64,000 nt of DNA from assembly GCA_963845065.1 (NCBI GenBank), contig CAWJQQ010000006.1, positions 288,001 to 352,000 on the forward strand, written 5' to 3'. Shown here piece by piece: positions 1-10,147 of this stretch (positions within the stretch are counted from its first letter, which is position 1; every line of letters starts with the position of its first letter). A program made the position numbers and the translations under genes. Source of the stretch: Nitrospirota bacterium. GTDB taxonomy: Bacteria; Nitrospirota; UBA9217. The notes beneath the pieces are model-generated. The model did no database searches. It was not told the DNA's origin and saw only the letters and a program-made list of their open reading frames with translations.

Positions 1-786
1 GATGATGAAATATCCCTTCTTGCGGCCCGCATCCTTGGCCGCGTCCAGACAATAGAGTGTATTGCTCTTACTGTAAAGCGGGGTCTCCGAAGAATTAAGG
101 TACTTCGGTAGCGAGTCATCCATCACCCTGCCTCCGAAGGCGATTATGTTTCCCATAATGTCGCGGATCGGGAACATGATCCTTCCCCGGAACCGGTCGT
201 AGTGACCTTCTCCTTCGCTCCGTTTTACGATGAGTCCAGCCTTTTCCAGCTGATCGGAGGTGTGTCCCTTCAGCTTTAAATGTCGGAACAGGCCCTCCCA
301 CTCGGGCCTGGCATAGCCAAGCCCAAAGTTTTTTATAATGGCGTCACTAAATCCACGCTTCGCGAGGTACACTCGCGCATGAATTCCCGCAACCCCTTCG
401 AGTTCCTTCTGATAATAATTGGCTGCCTCAGCCATTGCGGCAAGGAGCACCGCGCGCTCATCTGCTGTTTTTTTTTCCTCTCTCTGCGACCTGCTGTCCA
501 ACGGCAGTGCTATCCCCGCACGCTCAGCCAGCTTTCTGACCGCTTCGGGAAAGTTCAGTCCTTCCTGCAGCTCAACGAACTTGAACACATCGCCACCTGT
601 GCCACACCCGAAGCAATGAAAGATCTGTTTGTCCTGGTTTACCGAGAACGATGGGGTCTTCTCGACATGAAAAGGACAGAGCCCCGTATGGTTCTTACCC
701 GTCTTCTTCAGAGACACATATCCGGATATGATATCAACGATATCGACGCTGCCCCTGACTCGGCTTATGAGATCATCGGAGAACAC
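1..786 (-). CDS. dnaG: DNA primase, N-terminal part (runs off window edge)
   Basis: Not in ORF track. Manual translation from GTG at 786 gives MFSDDLISRVRGSVDIVDIISGYVSLKKTGKNHTGLCPFHVEKTPSFSV (CHC2 zinc finger) and later YDRFRGRIMFPI..GNIIAFGGR..PKYLNSSET. Confidence 0.96.
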   Translation of the reverse strand, partial: MFSDDLISRVRGSVDIVDIISGYVSLKKTGKNHTGLCPFHVEKTPSFSVNQDKQIFHCFGCGTGGDVFKFVELQEGLNFPEAVRKLAERAGIALPLDSRSQREEKKTADERAVLLAAMAEAANYYQKELEGVAGIHARVYLAKRGFSDAIIKNFGLGYARPEWEGLFRHLKLKGHTSDQLEKAGLIVKRSEGEGHYDRFRGRIMFPIRDIMGNIIAFGGRVMDDSLPKYLNSSETPLYSKSNTLYCLDAAKDAGRKKGYFII

Positions 787-787
787 G

Positions 788-3154
788 TTATTTTTTCAGC
801 TCCGCTACCGTTACGCCTGAACCGCCTTCATACGACTCCCCGGGCCGTATAGACGCGACGAGCGGATGGTTTTTTAAAAATTTCGTCACTGCGGCTTTGA
901 GTGCTCCTGTTCCTAGCCCATGGATCACAGTAACAATCGAGAAGTGGCTGAGCCCTGCCCGATCGATAAACCGGTCGACTTCGGTCAGACCTTCTTCCAC
1001 ACGCAGACCGATGATGTTCAACCGATCCGAGGCAGTATCTTCCTCATAAAGCTTGGTGCTCCATCCGGAAAAAGTGGCAGCAGACCGCTGTTCCAGTATA
1101 GGTTCCGCTGGCGCTACATCGGCGGTCGGAAGCTTGATTTTTTTTCCGGATACCTCGAGCTCGATTGAGTCCCGGTTCAGAGCAAGAATGATTCCCGTCT
1201 TGTTCAGCTTCGTTATTTTCACCCTATCGCCAGCGTGAATATTTCGGACGAACCCAGGAACAGCAGCCTGCTGATCGATATCAGGCTCTAGTTTTTTCCG
1301 GAGCTTCTCGATTTCATCACTTTCCCGATTTGCTTCAGCTTGCTCAAGCCTCGCATTGCGAGAAACTTCGCGAAGCTTCTGCCTAAGAGCGTGCAGCACT
1401 TCGCGTGATTCTGACTTAGCTTGAAACCGGATGTCCCGTGCTTCTTCGCGGGCTTCCGCCAGCAAGGTAGCTGCCTCGCCACGGTCCCGCGCCGCGGCAG
1501 AACAATCTTGCTCTAGGGTATGACGTTCTAAGGCAAGCAGGCGTGACTCATTTTCCATGTGCTTGAGCAGGTCGTCAAGCCGTGTGTCGTCCTCGCCGAT
1601 CCTCACACGTGCGCAGCATATGACCTCTGCCGGTATTCCAAGCCTCGCTGCCATGTCCAGCCCGTAGCTTCTACCGGGCCGTCCTGGGATAAGACGATAT
1701 GTCGGCTTCAGCGTCTGTGGGTCGAAATCCATAGCTGCATTCGAGGCACCGTTCGTCTGAGAGCCGAAAAGCTTTAGAGTATTATGGTGAGTCGTCACCA
1801 AGGAGATACTGCCTCGCTTGATCAGGCTCTCGAGCACAGCTGCGCCAAGTCCCGCACCCTCACTTGGCTCCGTACCCGACCCAAGCTCATCAAGCAAAAT
1901 TAGGGAATCCTTATCTGCCTCTTGAAGAATCTCAGCAATCTGACTCACATGAGAAGAGAAGGTGCTCAAATTCTGTTCGATGCTTTGTTCATCGCCAATG
2001 TCTGCAAATACCGAACCGAAGTACGGCAGCTCGCTACCTTCGGCAGCTGTCACCGGCAGCCCGGATTGTGCCATGAAGCTTAAGAGCCCTACTGTCTTCA
2101 GAATCACGGTTTTCCCACCAGCATTCGGACCGCTTATAATCAGCACCCGATCACAGTTGCTAAGAATGATATCATTCGGCTCAACAGCGTTACCGCCCAT
2201 GCTCTTTTGCTTCCAGGCAAGCAGCGGATGGCGGGCAGTACGAAGCCGTATACTTCGTTCCCGGGTCAGCAGGGGGATAGCGCAATTGTAGTCCATGCCG
2301 AACCGTGCCCGGGCGTATATTCCATCGATCTCCGCGAGTACGTGAATCATATCCTCGATCGCACCGGATTCTTGTGACAGAAGACCAGTCAATTCCCGCA
2401 AAATGTGCTCTACTTCGTCATGTTCCTCCATGCGGAGTTCGGCGAGCCGATTGTTCTGCTCCAGCACATCAAGGGGCTCCACAAAGAGCGTGGCTCGCGA
2501 ACCAGATTGACCGTGCACAACGCCATTGATACTCTGCCGAAAACCGGGTTTGAGTGGGAGCACATACCTGTCATCGCGGATCGTGATCACCGGCTCTTGA
2601 ATGATCTTCTGAAAACTGCTTTCTTGGAGGATTCCCGACATCCGGGAGAGCACCTCTTCCCGAGTTCGCGCAAGGTGCTTGCGGATCTTGCGGAGGGTCG
2701 GGCTAGCAAAGTCCTTGACCTCAGCCCCCTCGTCTATCGCCGAGTAAACCGCGTCTTCAATATTCTTAAGTGGTCGAATCCTGTCAGCTTTCGCTGTGAT
2801 AAGCGGTGCTGAACTACTGCCATCAATCCGTTCAAAGAACTGCTTGATCTTTCTTGCGGCACCCAGTGTCGTTGCCGTATTTAGAAGCTCGGTCGGAGTG
2901 AGCATGCCTCCCAATATCCCAAGTTTTGCAACTACGTGCCCTATAGCAAGGATGCCGTCCAATGGCGGGTTCTCACCACGCTCCAAGATCTGAATCAATT
3001 CACTCGTTTCATTGAGGCGCTCTTCGGCTAATGGAAGATCATCTGCCGGCAGCATGTTGTGTACAAAAATTTTCCCGGCTTCTGAAGCAGCATATCCGGC
3101 AACAATGTTTACAATTTTGTTAAATTCGAGGACCCGCAGAGTATGTTCATTCAT
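788..3154 (-). CDS. mutS2: Endonuclease MutS2
   Basis: 788 aa; Walker A GPNAGGKT, DIGDEQSIEQNLSTFS, LLDELGSGT, C-terminal Smr domain (VIHGLGTGAL). Confidence 0.96.
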   Translation of the reverse strand: MNEHTLRVLEFNKIVNIVAGYAASEAGKIFVHNMLPADDLPLAEERLNETSELIQILERGENPPLDGILAIGHVVAKLGILGGMLTPTELLNTATTLGAARKIKQFFERIDGSSSAPLITAKADRIRPLKNIEDAVYSAIDEGAEVKDFASPTLRKIRKHLARTREEVLSRMSGILQESSFQKIIQEPVITIRDDRYVLPLKPGFRQSINGVVHGQSGSRATLFVEPLDVLEQNNRLAELRMEEHDEVEHILRELTGLLSQESGAIEDMIHVLAEIDGIYARARFGMDYNCAIPLLTRERSIRLRTARHPLLAWKQKSMGGNAVEPNDIILSNCDRVLIISGPNAGGKTVILKTVGLLSFMAQSGLPVTAAEGSELPYFGSVFADIGDEQSIEQNLSTFSSHVSQIAEILQEADKDSLILLDELGSGTEPSEGAGLGAAVLESLIKRGSISLVTTHHNTLKLFGSQTNGASNAAMDFDPQTLKPTYRLIPGRPGRSYGLDMAARLGIPAEVICCARVRIGEDDTRLDDLLKHMENESRLLALERHTLEQDCSAAARDRGEAATLLAEAREEARDIRFQAKSESREVLHALRQKLREVSRNARLEQAEANRESDEIEKLRKKLEPDIDQQAAVPGFVRNIHAGDRVKITKLNKTGIILALNRDSIELEVSGKKIKLPTADVAPAEPILEQRSAATFSGWSTKLYEEDTASDRLNIIGLRVEEGLTEVDRFIDRAGLSHFSIVTVIHGLGTGALKAAVTKFLKNHPLVASIRPGESYEGGSGVTVAELKK

Positions 3155-3297
3155 AAATCATGCCGCAGGTAGCTCATTCATACGACCCGATTCATCTGGC
3201 TGTAGCCTGAGCACACCGTCATGTGAAATCGTTCTCGGAGTTCGTTATTGGATTGTTGAAATAGATTGATAAAATGCAGGATCAAGTAAAAACTCCT

Positions 3298-3334
3298 AAA
3301 AAAATCAGGGGGCCTCGGTCTTGATGGCCCCCTG
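3298..3334 (-). terminator. Rho-independent terminator after rpsU-yqeY
   Basis: CAGGGGGCC/GGCCCCCTG stem followed by a U tract on the minus strand. Confidence 0.7.
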
Positions 3335-3388
3335 CGTCCGGCTTAACAAAAACTTAACATATCTATTACTTTTACTTTATTATTTTCT

Positions 3389-3832
3389 TTAACCCAGTGC
3401 ATTTTTTACCAGCTCACTAACGAGCTTTCCATCGGCGCGTCCACCCACGATAGGAACGAGCGTCTTCATAACCTTGCCCATGTCCTTTGCACTCTGCGCT
3501 CCAGACTGAGCAATGGCGTCTCGAACCATAATTTCAAGTTCTTCCCGCGTCAGTTGTTTTGGCAAATAAACTTCTAGTACTGTGATTTCAGCAGTCTCTT
3601 TATCCACCAGATCCTGCCTGCCACCTTTAGCAAATTGTTCGACCGAATCCCGACGCTGTTTGATGAGTGTTCGTGCAGTCTCGACCACTTCTTCTTCGGT
3701 CAGCGGTCGCCTTTTATCGATCTGCTTGTTCTTCAGTGCGGCGTTTAGCATGCGCAGAGTCGAAACCTTGTCTTTCGCTCCGGACTTGAGGGCTTCTTTT
3801 GTATCCGCTTCAATTCTCAAGCGTAATTCCAT
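3389..3832 (-). CDS. yqeY: GatB/YqeY domain protein
   Basis: KQRRDSVEQFAKGGRQDLVDKE..YLPKQL..KDMGKVM..GRADG motifs; classic position after rpsU; start moved to MELRL behind an SD. Confidence 0.93.
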   Translation of the reverse strand: MELRLRIEADTKEALKSGAKDKVSTLRMLNAALKNKQIDKRRPLTEEEVVETARTLIKQRRDSVEQFAKGGRQDLVDKETAEITVLEVYLPKQLTREELEIMVRDAIAQSGAQSAKDMGKVMKTLVPIVGGRADGKLVSELVKNALG

Positions 3833-3910
3833 TCCGCCCCTCTTATGAATCAAGTCAATCCTAATGGCACTGTAGTCAAGGTTCTTCCCTGAGCTGGATC
3901 ATTAGGATGT

Positions 3911-4111
3911 TTAGTTATGCCTGGACAGACGAGCTGTCTTGGCGGCTTTTTTTCGAGCAGCCAGTGCTTTTTTCTTTCGCTTTACGCTAGGCTTCTCATA
4001 ATGCTCTCTTTTTTTTACCTCGGAAAGCACACCTTCCTTTTCAATGCTTTTTTTAAACCTCCGAAGTGCGGCCTCAAAAGGCTCATTCTCCCTTAACCTT
4101 ATACTTGGCAC
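3911..4111 (-). CDS. rpsU: 30S ribosomal protein S21
   Basis: [35 protein letters not shown] start after GGAGG. Confidence 0.97.
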   Translation of the reverse strand: MPSIRLRENEPFEAALRRFKKSIEKEGVLSEVKKREHYEKPSVKRKKKALAARKKAAKTARLSRHN

Positions 4112-4355
4112 TCTCGCGACACCCCCCTCCAGACGAAACACATTGTAATATATGAATATTTATTGTTTATGCCGTTTTGAAAGTGATCTACAAAGATATA
4201 AACAAGGAAACCGCTCCTTCTTAATCTTGAGAAGCGGCATAATCATTAAAATTAACAAGTCTATTAGTGAAAGTCAAGTGAAATTAGCGTTACTTTTTCA
4301 GTAACTTTCAGGACAAAATGATGCTAGTAATGCCATACTATAATTCTTATCATAG

Positions 4356-5561
4356 TCAGCTCCGGTATGCGGCATTTATCTTTACATATTCATACGACAT
4401 GTCGCATGTCCAGACCGTGGCATTCCCTTTACCCTTATGCAAATCAATGGTGATTTGAATATCCCGCTGCTTAAGAGCTAGTGCTGCATCGCGCTCGGAT
4501 GTCTTACCTTGGCCCAATCCCTTTTCGACAAGCCTGGCTTTGCCAATTGAGATGTCCGTCCTTCCCTCGTCCATGTCTACTCCTGCGTACCCTAATGCGG
4601 CCATAATTCTTCCCCAGTTTGCATCTTCGCCGAAAAGCGCGGTTTTTACAAGGCTGGACCTGGCAACGGTCACAGCTGCACGTTTGGCTTCAACCGGGTT
4701 TTTCGCATTTTTCACTTCAATCTCTACGAATTTCGTCGCACCTTCGCCATCGCGAACTACTTGTTTAGCAAGCGATAGTGTAATCGTATCAAGGCATGCC
4801 TGAAACTTCTTAAGATCTTTGGTCCCGGGGGCAATCCTCTTGTTTCCCGCGGATCCATTCGCCATGCATAGGATCGTATCGTTCGTACTGGTCTCACCAT
4901 CTACTGTAATATTATTGAAAGAGCGCTCGGTCGAAGCGAGCAGGACTTTCTTGAACAGCGGTGCGGATATTGCTGCATCGGTCACAATAAAACAGAGCAT
5001 CGTCGCCATGTCCGGGTGAATCATTCCCGATCCCTTAGCAATGCCTCCGACCGTAATCGTCTTGCCGCCGATCTCTTCCTGAACGATGGACAGTTTCGGG
5101 TACATATCCGTGGTCATAATTGCCTCTGCCGCCTGCTCCCAACCAGTCGCCGAAAGGAGCCCTGCTGCAGTCGAGATGCCCGTCGATATTTTCGGCACCG
5201 GAAGGAACTCTCCGATAACCCCGGTTGATGCCACATATATGACGTCAGGTTTCAGCCCGAAAGTACGAGCAGCCACTTCTGCGGTCGCGCGTGCGTCTGC
5301 AAGACCGCGTTTTCCCGTGCATGCGTTGGCACAGCCACTATTAGCTATTATCACCTGTCCCTTTCCGGATTTTACTTTAGCCATGTCCAGGAGAACGGGC
5401 GCCGCCTTTACACGGTTTTTCGTAAATACACCGACGACCGAAGCCTCTCGATCGGAATGAATGATCGCTAGGTCTTTTTTCTCGTTCTTCTTGATCCCGC
5501 ACGTGATGCCCCACACCTTGTAACCGGGAACGGAAAAACTTTTTGTATCCAAAGTTCTCAT
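4356..5561 (-). CDS. argJ: Glutamate N-acetyltransferase/amino-acid acetyltransferase ArgJ
   Basis: NSGCANACTG, AIMTTD, KGSGMIHPDMATML (autocleavage Thr), DGEGATK, DANWGRI; start trimmed to ATG at 5561. Confidence 0.96.
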   Translation of the reverse strand: MRTLDTKSFSVPGYKVWGITCGIKKNEKKDLAIIHSDREASVVGVFTKNRVKAAPVLLDMAKVKSGKGQVIIANSGCANACTGKRGLADARATAEVAARTFGLKPDVIYVASTGVIGEFLPVPKISTGISTAAGLLSATGWEQAAEAIMTTDMYPKLSIVQEEIGGKTITVGGIAKGSGMIHPDMATMLCFIVTDAAISAPLFKKVLLASTERSFNNITVDGETSTNDTILCMANGSAGNKRIAPGTKDLKKFQACLDTITLSLAKQVVRDGEGATKFVEIEVKNAKNPVEAKRAAVTVARSSLVKTALFGEDANWGRIMAALGYAGVDMDEGRTDISIGKARLVEKGLGQGKTSERDAALALKQRDIQITIDLHKGKGNATVWTCDMSYEYVKINAAYRS

Positions 5562-5598
5562 GAGTATACCCCTATCAGTAATGATTTGGAAACTTCTA

Positions 5599-6651
5599 TC
5601 ACGGGAAAAGCCCCGCGATCTTAATACCTTCCATTTCATGAATTCCCATCATCAGGTTCATGTTCTGGATTGCCTGCCCTGATGCTCCTTTCACGAGGTT
5701 ATCGATGGCAGAAACCACGATAACCCTACCCGTGCGGCTATCGACATAGATCCCAATATCGCAGAAATTGGATCCCCGCACGTTCCGTACATTCGGAAAC
5801 TCTCCGGGATCCAGAACCCGCACAAATGGTTCATCCCGATAGAATTCTCGATAAAGCGTGTGCACCGCTCCTGTATCGGTTGATGAGTTCAATGTGGCAT
5901 AACTCGTCGTTAGTATCCCGCGGTTTATGGGAATAAGATGCGGTGTAAATGAAACCTTCACTTGGTGCCCGGCTAACATCGTCAGTTCTTGTTCTATTTC
6001 AGGTGTATGCCGATGTGTCCCAACTTTGTATGCCATCAAGCCTTCATTGACCTCCGGATAATGGTACACGAGCGAAGGGCTACGACCTGCACCGGTTACT
6101 CCCGACTTGGAATCGATGATAACGCTCGTAAGATTTACGAACCCTTTTTTTATGAGAGGCGCAAGCGACAGGATAGCGCCGGTCGGATAGCAGCCAGGAT
6201 TAGCAACAAGTGAAGCCTTCCTGATCTTATCCCTGTGTAGTTCAGGCAAGCCGTAGACTGCACTCCTAAGAAGTTCGGGGTACTGATGACAATGCTCGTA
6301 CCATGTTTCGTAGACCGTCGGGTCAGCGAGTCGGTAGTCGGCGGAAAGATCGACAACCTTTTTGCCGAGGTGATGGAAGCGGAATGCCGCTTCCTGGGCT
6401 GTTACATGGGGTAGCGCCAGAAAGACGAAATCTATTTTTTGAGCTATAGCCTCCGGGTCAAGCGGTTCACAGACGAGATCCGTTAAGCCGGTAAGATGGG
6501 GAAAGATAGAGGCGAGTGGTTTTCCGGCAGATTTCTCCGATGTGACCGTTGTAATCCGAACTCGTGGGTGATTAAAGAGCAATCGGTACAGCTCGCCTCC
6601 GGTGTACCCGCTCGACCCCACAATCGCTATGTTCACTTTCTCTAGAACCAT
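5599..6651 (-). CDS. argC: N-acetyl-gamma-glutamyl-phosphate reductase
   Basis: GSSGYTG, DLSADYRL, ANPGCYPT, SGVTGAGR, HRHTPEI, DNLVKGASGQA. Confidence 0.97.
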   Translation of the reverse strand: MVLEKVNIAIVGSSGYTGGELYRLLFNHPRVRITTVTSEKSAGKPLASIFPHLTGLTDLVCEPLDPEAIAQKIDFVFLALPHVTAQEAAFRFHHLGKKVVDLSADYRLADPTVYETWYEHCHQYPELLRSAVYGLPELHRDKIRKASLVANPGCYPTGAILSLAPLIKKGFVNLTSVIIDSKSGVTGAGRSPSLVYHYPEVNEGLMAYKVGTHRHTPEIEQELTMLAGHQVKVSFTPHLIPINRGILTTSYATLNSSTDTGAVHTLYREFYRDEPFVRVLDPGEFPNVRNVRGSNFCDIGIYVDSRTGRVIVVSAIDNLVKGASGQAIQNMNLMMGIHEMEGIKIAGLFP

Positions 6652-6703
6652 GTCATAAACCCGTTATTGAACTGATCACGATACACATCCTCCAGAGGAC
6701 AAT

Positions 6704-6738
6704 AGAAAAGGGAAGGCATCTCTACCTTCCCTTTTTCT
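6704..6738 (-). terminator. Terminator after rplM-rpsI
   Basis: AGAAAAGGGAAGG/CCTTCCCTTTTTCT inverted repeat with A/T tails. Confidence 0.7.
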
Positions 6739-6784
6739 AAACAGGATCTGTAACGCAAGAGAACACAGATAGGTATATAATCCC

Positions 6785-7186
6785 TTATCTCTTCGAGAAC
6801 TGGAACCGGGCACGCGCGCCCTTCTGACCGTATTTTTTTCGCTCTTTTGCCCTGGGGTCGCGGGTCAAGAGTCCCTCCTTGCGCAGTTTGCCGCGAGACT
6901 CGGCGTCCACGGCAAGAAGCGCCTTGGATATACCATGTCTGATTGCCCCTGCTTGGCCGGAGTTACCGCCGCCAAGTACGCTGACGAGAACATCAAATTT
7001 ATCCACGGTGCCAGTAACCTCAAAGGGCTGGCGAATGATCATCTTGAGCACGTCCCTGCCGAAGTACTGGTCTATGGACTTCTCGTTAATAGTTACTTTC
7101 CCACTTCCAGGCATCAGCCACACCCTAGCGATGGAGTTTTTGCGCTTACCCGTTGCGTAATATCTGGACACTGTTGCTGCTGACAT
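6785..7186 (-). CDS. rpsI: 30S ribosomal protein S9
   Basis: [45 protein letters not shown]. Confidence 0.98.
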   Translation of the reverse strand: MSAATVSRYYATGKRKNSIARVWLMPGSGKVTINEKSIDQYFGRDVLKMIIRQPFEVTGTVDKFDVLVSVLGGGNSGQAGAIRHGISKALLAVDAESRGKLRKEGLLTRDPRAKERKKYGQKGARARFQFSKR

Positions 7187-7219
7187 TAAAATCCTCCTAA
7201 ACGGATTTGCCGTAATTCT

Positions 7220-7648
7220 TTAGAGTTTCATCTCAACGGGCTGCTGTGCGCTGTGCGGATGTTTTTCCCCGGCGTACACTTTGAGTTTGCTGAGCATCTG
7301 CTTGCCAAGCCGTGTCTTCGGAAGCATACCCTCCACTGCCTTTTTAAATACGTCCTCGGGCTTGCTCTTGAGCAATTTACCAGCGGTAATAGACTTAAGA
7401 CCGCCAGGATATCCGGAATGGCTATAGTACGTCTTCTGGTCGTGTTTTTTGCCAGTCAGATGAATTTTTTCTGCATTCACTACAATTACGAAGTCGCCGG
7501 TGTCCACGTGTTTCGTGAAAACCGGCTTAGTCTTGCCTTTGAGCACTGATGCAACAACAGAAGCCAGCCTTCCAAGGGTTTTACCATTTGCGTCTACTAC
7601 GTGCCAACTCCTTTGAATTTCTTCCTTTTTTGCTGAATAAGTTCCCAT
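7220..7648 (-). CDS. rplM: 50S ribosomal protein L13
   Basis: [40 protein letters not shown]. Confidence 0.98.
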   Translation of the reverse strand: MGTYSAKKEEIQRSWHVVDANGKTLGRLASVVASVLKGKTKPVFTKHVDTGDFVIVVNAEKIHLTGKKHDQKTYYSHSGYPGGLKSITAGKLLKSKPEDVFKKAVEGMLPKTRLGKQMLSKLKVYAGEKHPHSAQQPVEMKL

Positions 7649-7692
7649 TATGCCCGCCTCACTGCCGTGTTATTTTTTTATCAAGAATTGCG

Positions 7693-7721
7693 AATATAAA
7701 CAATTTAGGCTGTTTTGTCAA
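7693..7721 (-). promoter_or_regulatory. Sigma70 promoter of rplM-rpsI
   Basis: TTGACA-N17-TATATT on the minus strand. Confidence 0.7.
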
Positions 7722-8282
7722 GCCTTTTATGAAATATTCTAGCAAAAATTCAAAAGTCAAGAACCCAGCTCCAAGACGCGGGGCATGTTAGTACAGTATG
7801 ACGATGCTGTGCTAGCCAAGGCTATGCCAAGGCTTACTTTGAATAATGGGAATTTCCAGCCCCCGTTATAACCCCATCGTCAAGAATGACATCCATACCC
7901 GTAATATATGGTGGATTCTGTCATGGTTTGTTAAAAGTTTATTTGGAGAAGTACCTGATACCATCGGAAAATCAATGCTGTAGGAGTGCTGTAGGAGTAA
8001 TAAATGTATGTTTTTGCTTTTTTTATTTGATATAATTTTCAATAATTATACAGGTCTTATAACCGGTACGGTCAAATGTTTTCATTAGAAGAATTAAAAA
8101 AAATAATGGCCCTAGTTTAAAAAACTTTGGTTTTCTGGCAAGAAAAATTGGTGGTATCTTCCACCGCCTTTTGATTTAACTATTCAAATCTCGGCAATAA
8201 GTACTTCCCAGACGTTTCATCGTGAATGCTTTTTAGGAAAATTGCGTCGAAACGTCACATGCTTTAGCTTTGGAGTGTCAAA

Positions 8283-8600
8283 TTATGCTTTTTGAACATC
8301 CTCTCACCTGTCACGGAGTTCAACAGGGAAAGAGGTCACATAGCCAATCGCTGTGCCGATTAGACCACCAACCACGATGCTAACCGAAGCTGCGCACGCG
8401 ATTCCACCCACGATACCCATAACTATGGCTGTTCGCACTAAGAGCGTCTGCTCAACCGTACCACCCATCAATTTTTAAAGCAAGATTAGCGTACCATAGC
8501 TCCCAAAATAGAACCCAGGTATGTTTCCGAATACTACAAACGCCAGCCCTCCGACTGTTACTCCGATCTTCATCCTCGCTTTTACGGTTTCATACTTCAT
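8283..8600 (-). pseudogene. Disrupted paralog of the upstream Gly-rich membrane protein
   Basis: Manual translation MKYETVKARMKIGVTVGGLAFVVFGNIPGFYFGSYGTLILL*KLMGGTVEQTLLVRTAIVMGIVGGIACAASVSIVVVGLIGTAIGYV..RDR*EDVQKA*; in-frame TAA at 8475-8477 and TGA at 8304-8306; colinear with 8603-8938. Confidence 0.8.
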
Positions 8601-8602
8601 GG

Positions 8603-8938
8603 CTAACTTTTTTCCTCCGCTTTGGGTAGGGTTTTCCCCTCTCCTACGTCCTTTGCGTGCACTCCCGATTCAAGGACCTTGCCGATGACCCAGCCGATCG
8701 TGGACGATGCGGTCACGATAACGATACCTGAGACAAAAACGCCAGTGAGCATGGCTACCAAAACAATCATTCTCGATATGAGACTTGGTTCGAGTGGAAG
8801 CCCGAAGAGCCAGCCAGCTATGTTGATACCTGCAGCTCCTCCTAAAAGGCTCCCAGGCAGTAGTCCAAATAGTGCAAACAAGGCTAAACCAACTCCTGCA
8901 CCGATGTATGTTGTTTTTCTCGCGATAGTAATCTTCAT
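8603..8938 (-). CDS. Small Gly-rich multi-TM hypothetical protein
   Basis: 111 aa hydrophobic ORF (IGAGVGLALFALFGLLPGSLLGG); SD AAGGAGG; own promoter. Confidence 0.85.
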   Translation of the reverse strand: MKITIARKTTYIGAGVGLALFALFGLLPGSLLGGAAGINIAGWLFGLPLEPSLISRMIVLVAMLTGVFVSGIVIVTASSTIGWVIGKVLESGVHAKDVGEGKTLPKAEEKS

Positions 8939-8976
8939 GATTGTTTCCTCCTTTGCGTTGTACTTTCTATTATAAT

Positions 8977-9010
8977 TGCATCAAACATGCCAGAACGTAA
9001 CCACTTGATT
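8977..9010 (-). promoter_or_regulatory. Sigma54 promoter with adjacent IHF site
   Basis: TGGCATGTTTGATGCA (GG-N10-GC) at 8992-8977; AATCAAGTGGTTA at 9010-8998 matches WATCAANNNNTTR. Confidence 0.75.
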
Positions 9011-9135
9011 TCATGAGACCCACCGCAAAATTTTTTTTGCAAGCCTGAGAAAACCCGATAAACTCCATGTTAAAAATGCAAAAAAATTTCATATGAATTT
9101 AACATCATAAAAAAGGGCAGAAGGTGAAATTTTTC

Positions 9136-9164
9136 TTGAAATGCACTAATATATATGGTATTTT
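9136..9164 (+). promoter_or_regulatory. Sigma70 promoter of the rpsB operon
   Basis: TTGAAA-N17-TATTTT with extended -10 TG. Confidence 0.6.
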
Positions 9165-9194
9165 AAGGATCACCTTTTTAAGAAGGCAATCTTA

Positions 9195-9300
9195 TATTCC
9201 ACACGCGCCGGGACTTTGAGCAGGGTGCTCCGCGATAGACAGTAGCGGGGTCTGCGGAAAGGATGATCGGTGCGGCGGTAAAAACCATAAGGAGGGACAT
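9195..9300 (+). ncRNA. rpsB (S2 autoregulatory, t44-like) leader
   Basis: GC-rich structured 5' UTR starting CACAC, containing GGGTG and ending at the GGAGG SD of rpsB; typical position. Boundaries approximate. Confidence 0.55.
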
Positions 9301-9301
9301 T

Positions 9302-10099
9302 ATGTCCACGATCACCATGAAGGAGTTGTTGGAAGCAGGTGTACATTTCGGCCACCAGGCAAAGCGCTGGAATCCCAAGATGAAGAAGTATATCTTCGGA
9401 GAACGGAACGGGATCTACATCATTGATCTTCAGAAAACGCTGAAACTGTTTAAGGAGGCATATGATTTCGTCCGTACTTCGGCCTCCGAAGGAAAGGATA
9501 TCCTTTTTGTCGGCACCAAGAAGCAGGCTCAGGATGCTATTACAGAAGAAGCCAAGCGATGCGGTATGTACTATGTATCCAACCGTTGGCTCGGTGGCAT
9601 GCTCACGAATTTTGCTACCATCCGCAAGAGTATCGACAGGTTAAAAAAGATAGAAAAAATGAAGGACGACGGCACTTACGATAAGCTGACGAAAAAAGAA
9701 GTATCCGGTCTTGAAAAAGAACGAACGAAACTGGAAAAAATTCTCTCTGGCATTAAGGCAATGTCGCAGCCGCCATCTCTGGTCTTCGTCATCGACCCCC
9801 GCAAAGAAGCTATCGCAGTCCAGGAAGCAAATAAGCTAAACATTCCTGTGGTAGCCGTAGTAGACACGAACTGCGACCCAGACGACATCGATTATGTCAT
9901 CCCCGGGAATGACGATGCTATCCGTGCTATCCGGCTTATGGCGTCAAAAGTTGCCGATGCCATCATCGAGGGCAGACAGGCCATTGTCAAGGAACAGGGT
10001 GAAGCTATAGAAGCAGCGAAAGCAGCAGGCGAAGTAGAAGTTGCTGTCGAGCCGGTGGCAGAGACGGGCGATGCCGAAATCGAGGACGACACCGAATAA
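9302..10099 (+). CDS. rpsB: 30S ribosomal protein S2
   Basis: [45 protein letters not shown]. Confidence 0.98.
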   Translation: MSTITMKELLEAGVHFGHQAKRWNPKMKKYIFGERNGIYIIDLQKTLKLFKEAYDFVRTSASEGKDILFVGTKKQAQDAITEEAKRCGMYYVSNRWLGGMLTNFATIRKSIDRLKKIEKMKDDGTYDKLTKKEVSGLEKERTKLEKILSGIKAMSQPPSLVFVIDPRKEAIAVQEANKLNIPVVAVVDTNCDPDDIDYVIPGNDDAIRAIRLMASKVADAIIEGRQAIVKEQGEAIEAAKAAGEVEVAVEPVAETGDAEIEDDTE

Positions 10100-10147
10100 T
10101 AAGCGGAACTTGGTATAGTGGAAAAGATTAAGGGGGGATTCTGAGAA

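Noticed and set aside
280..852. 190-aa plus-strand ORF
   Set aside because: Antisense shadow of dnaG, which has clear motifs on the minus strand.
3155..3290. Possible small gene between yqeY and mutS2
   Set aside because: No start/SD combination or recognisable motif in the frames I translated.
7976..7997. Tandem TGCTGTAGGAG x2
   Set aside because: Only two units with no spacers; simple duplication, not CRISPR.
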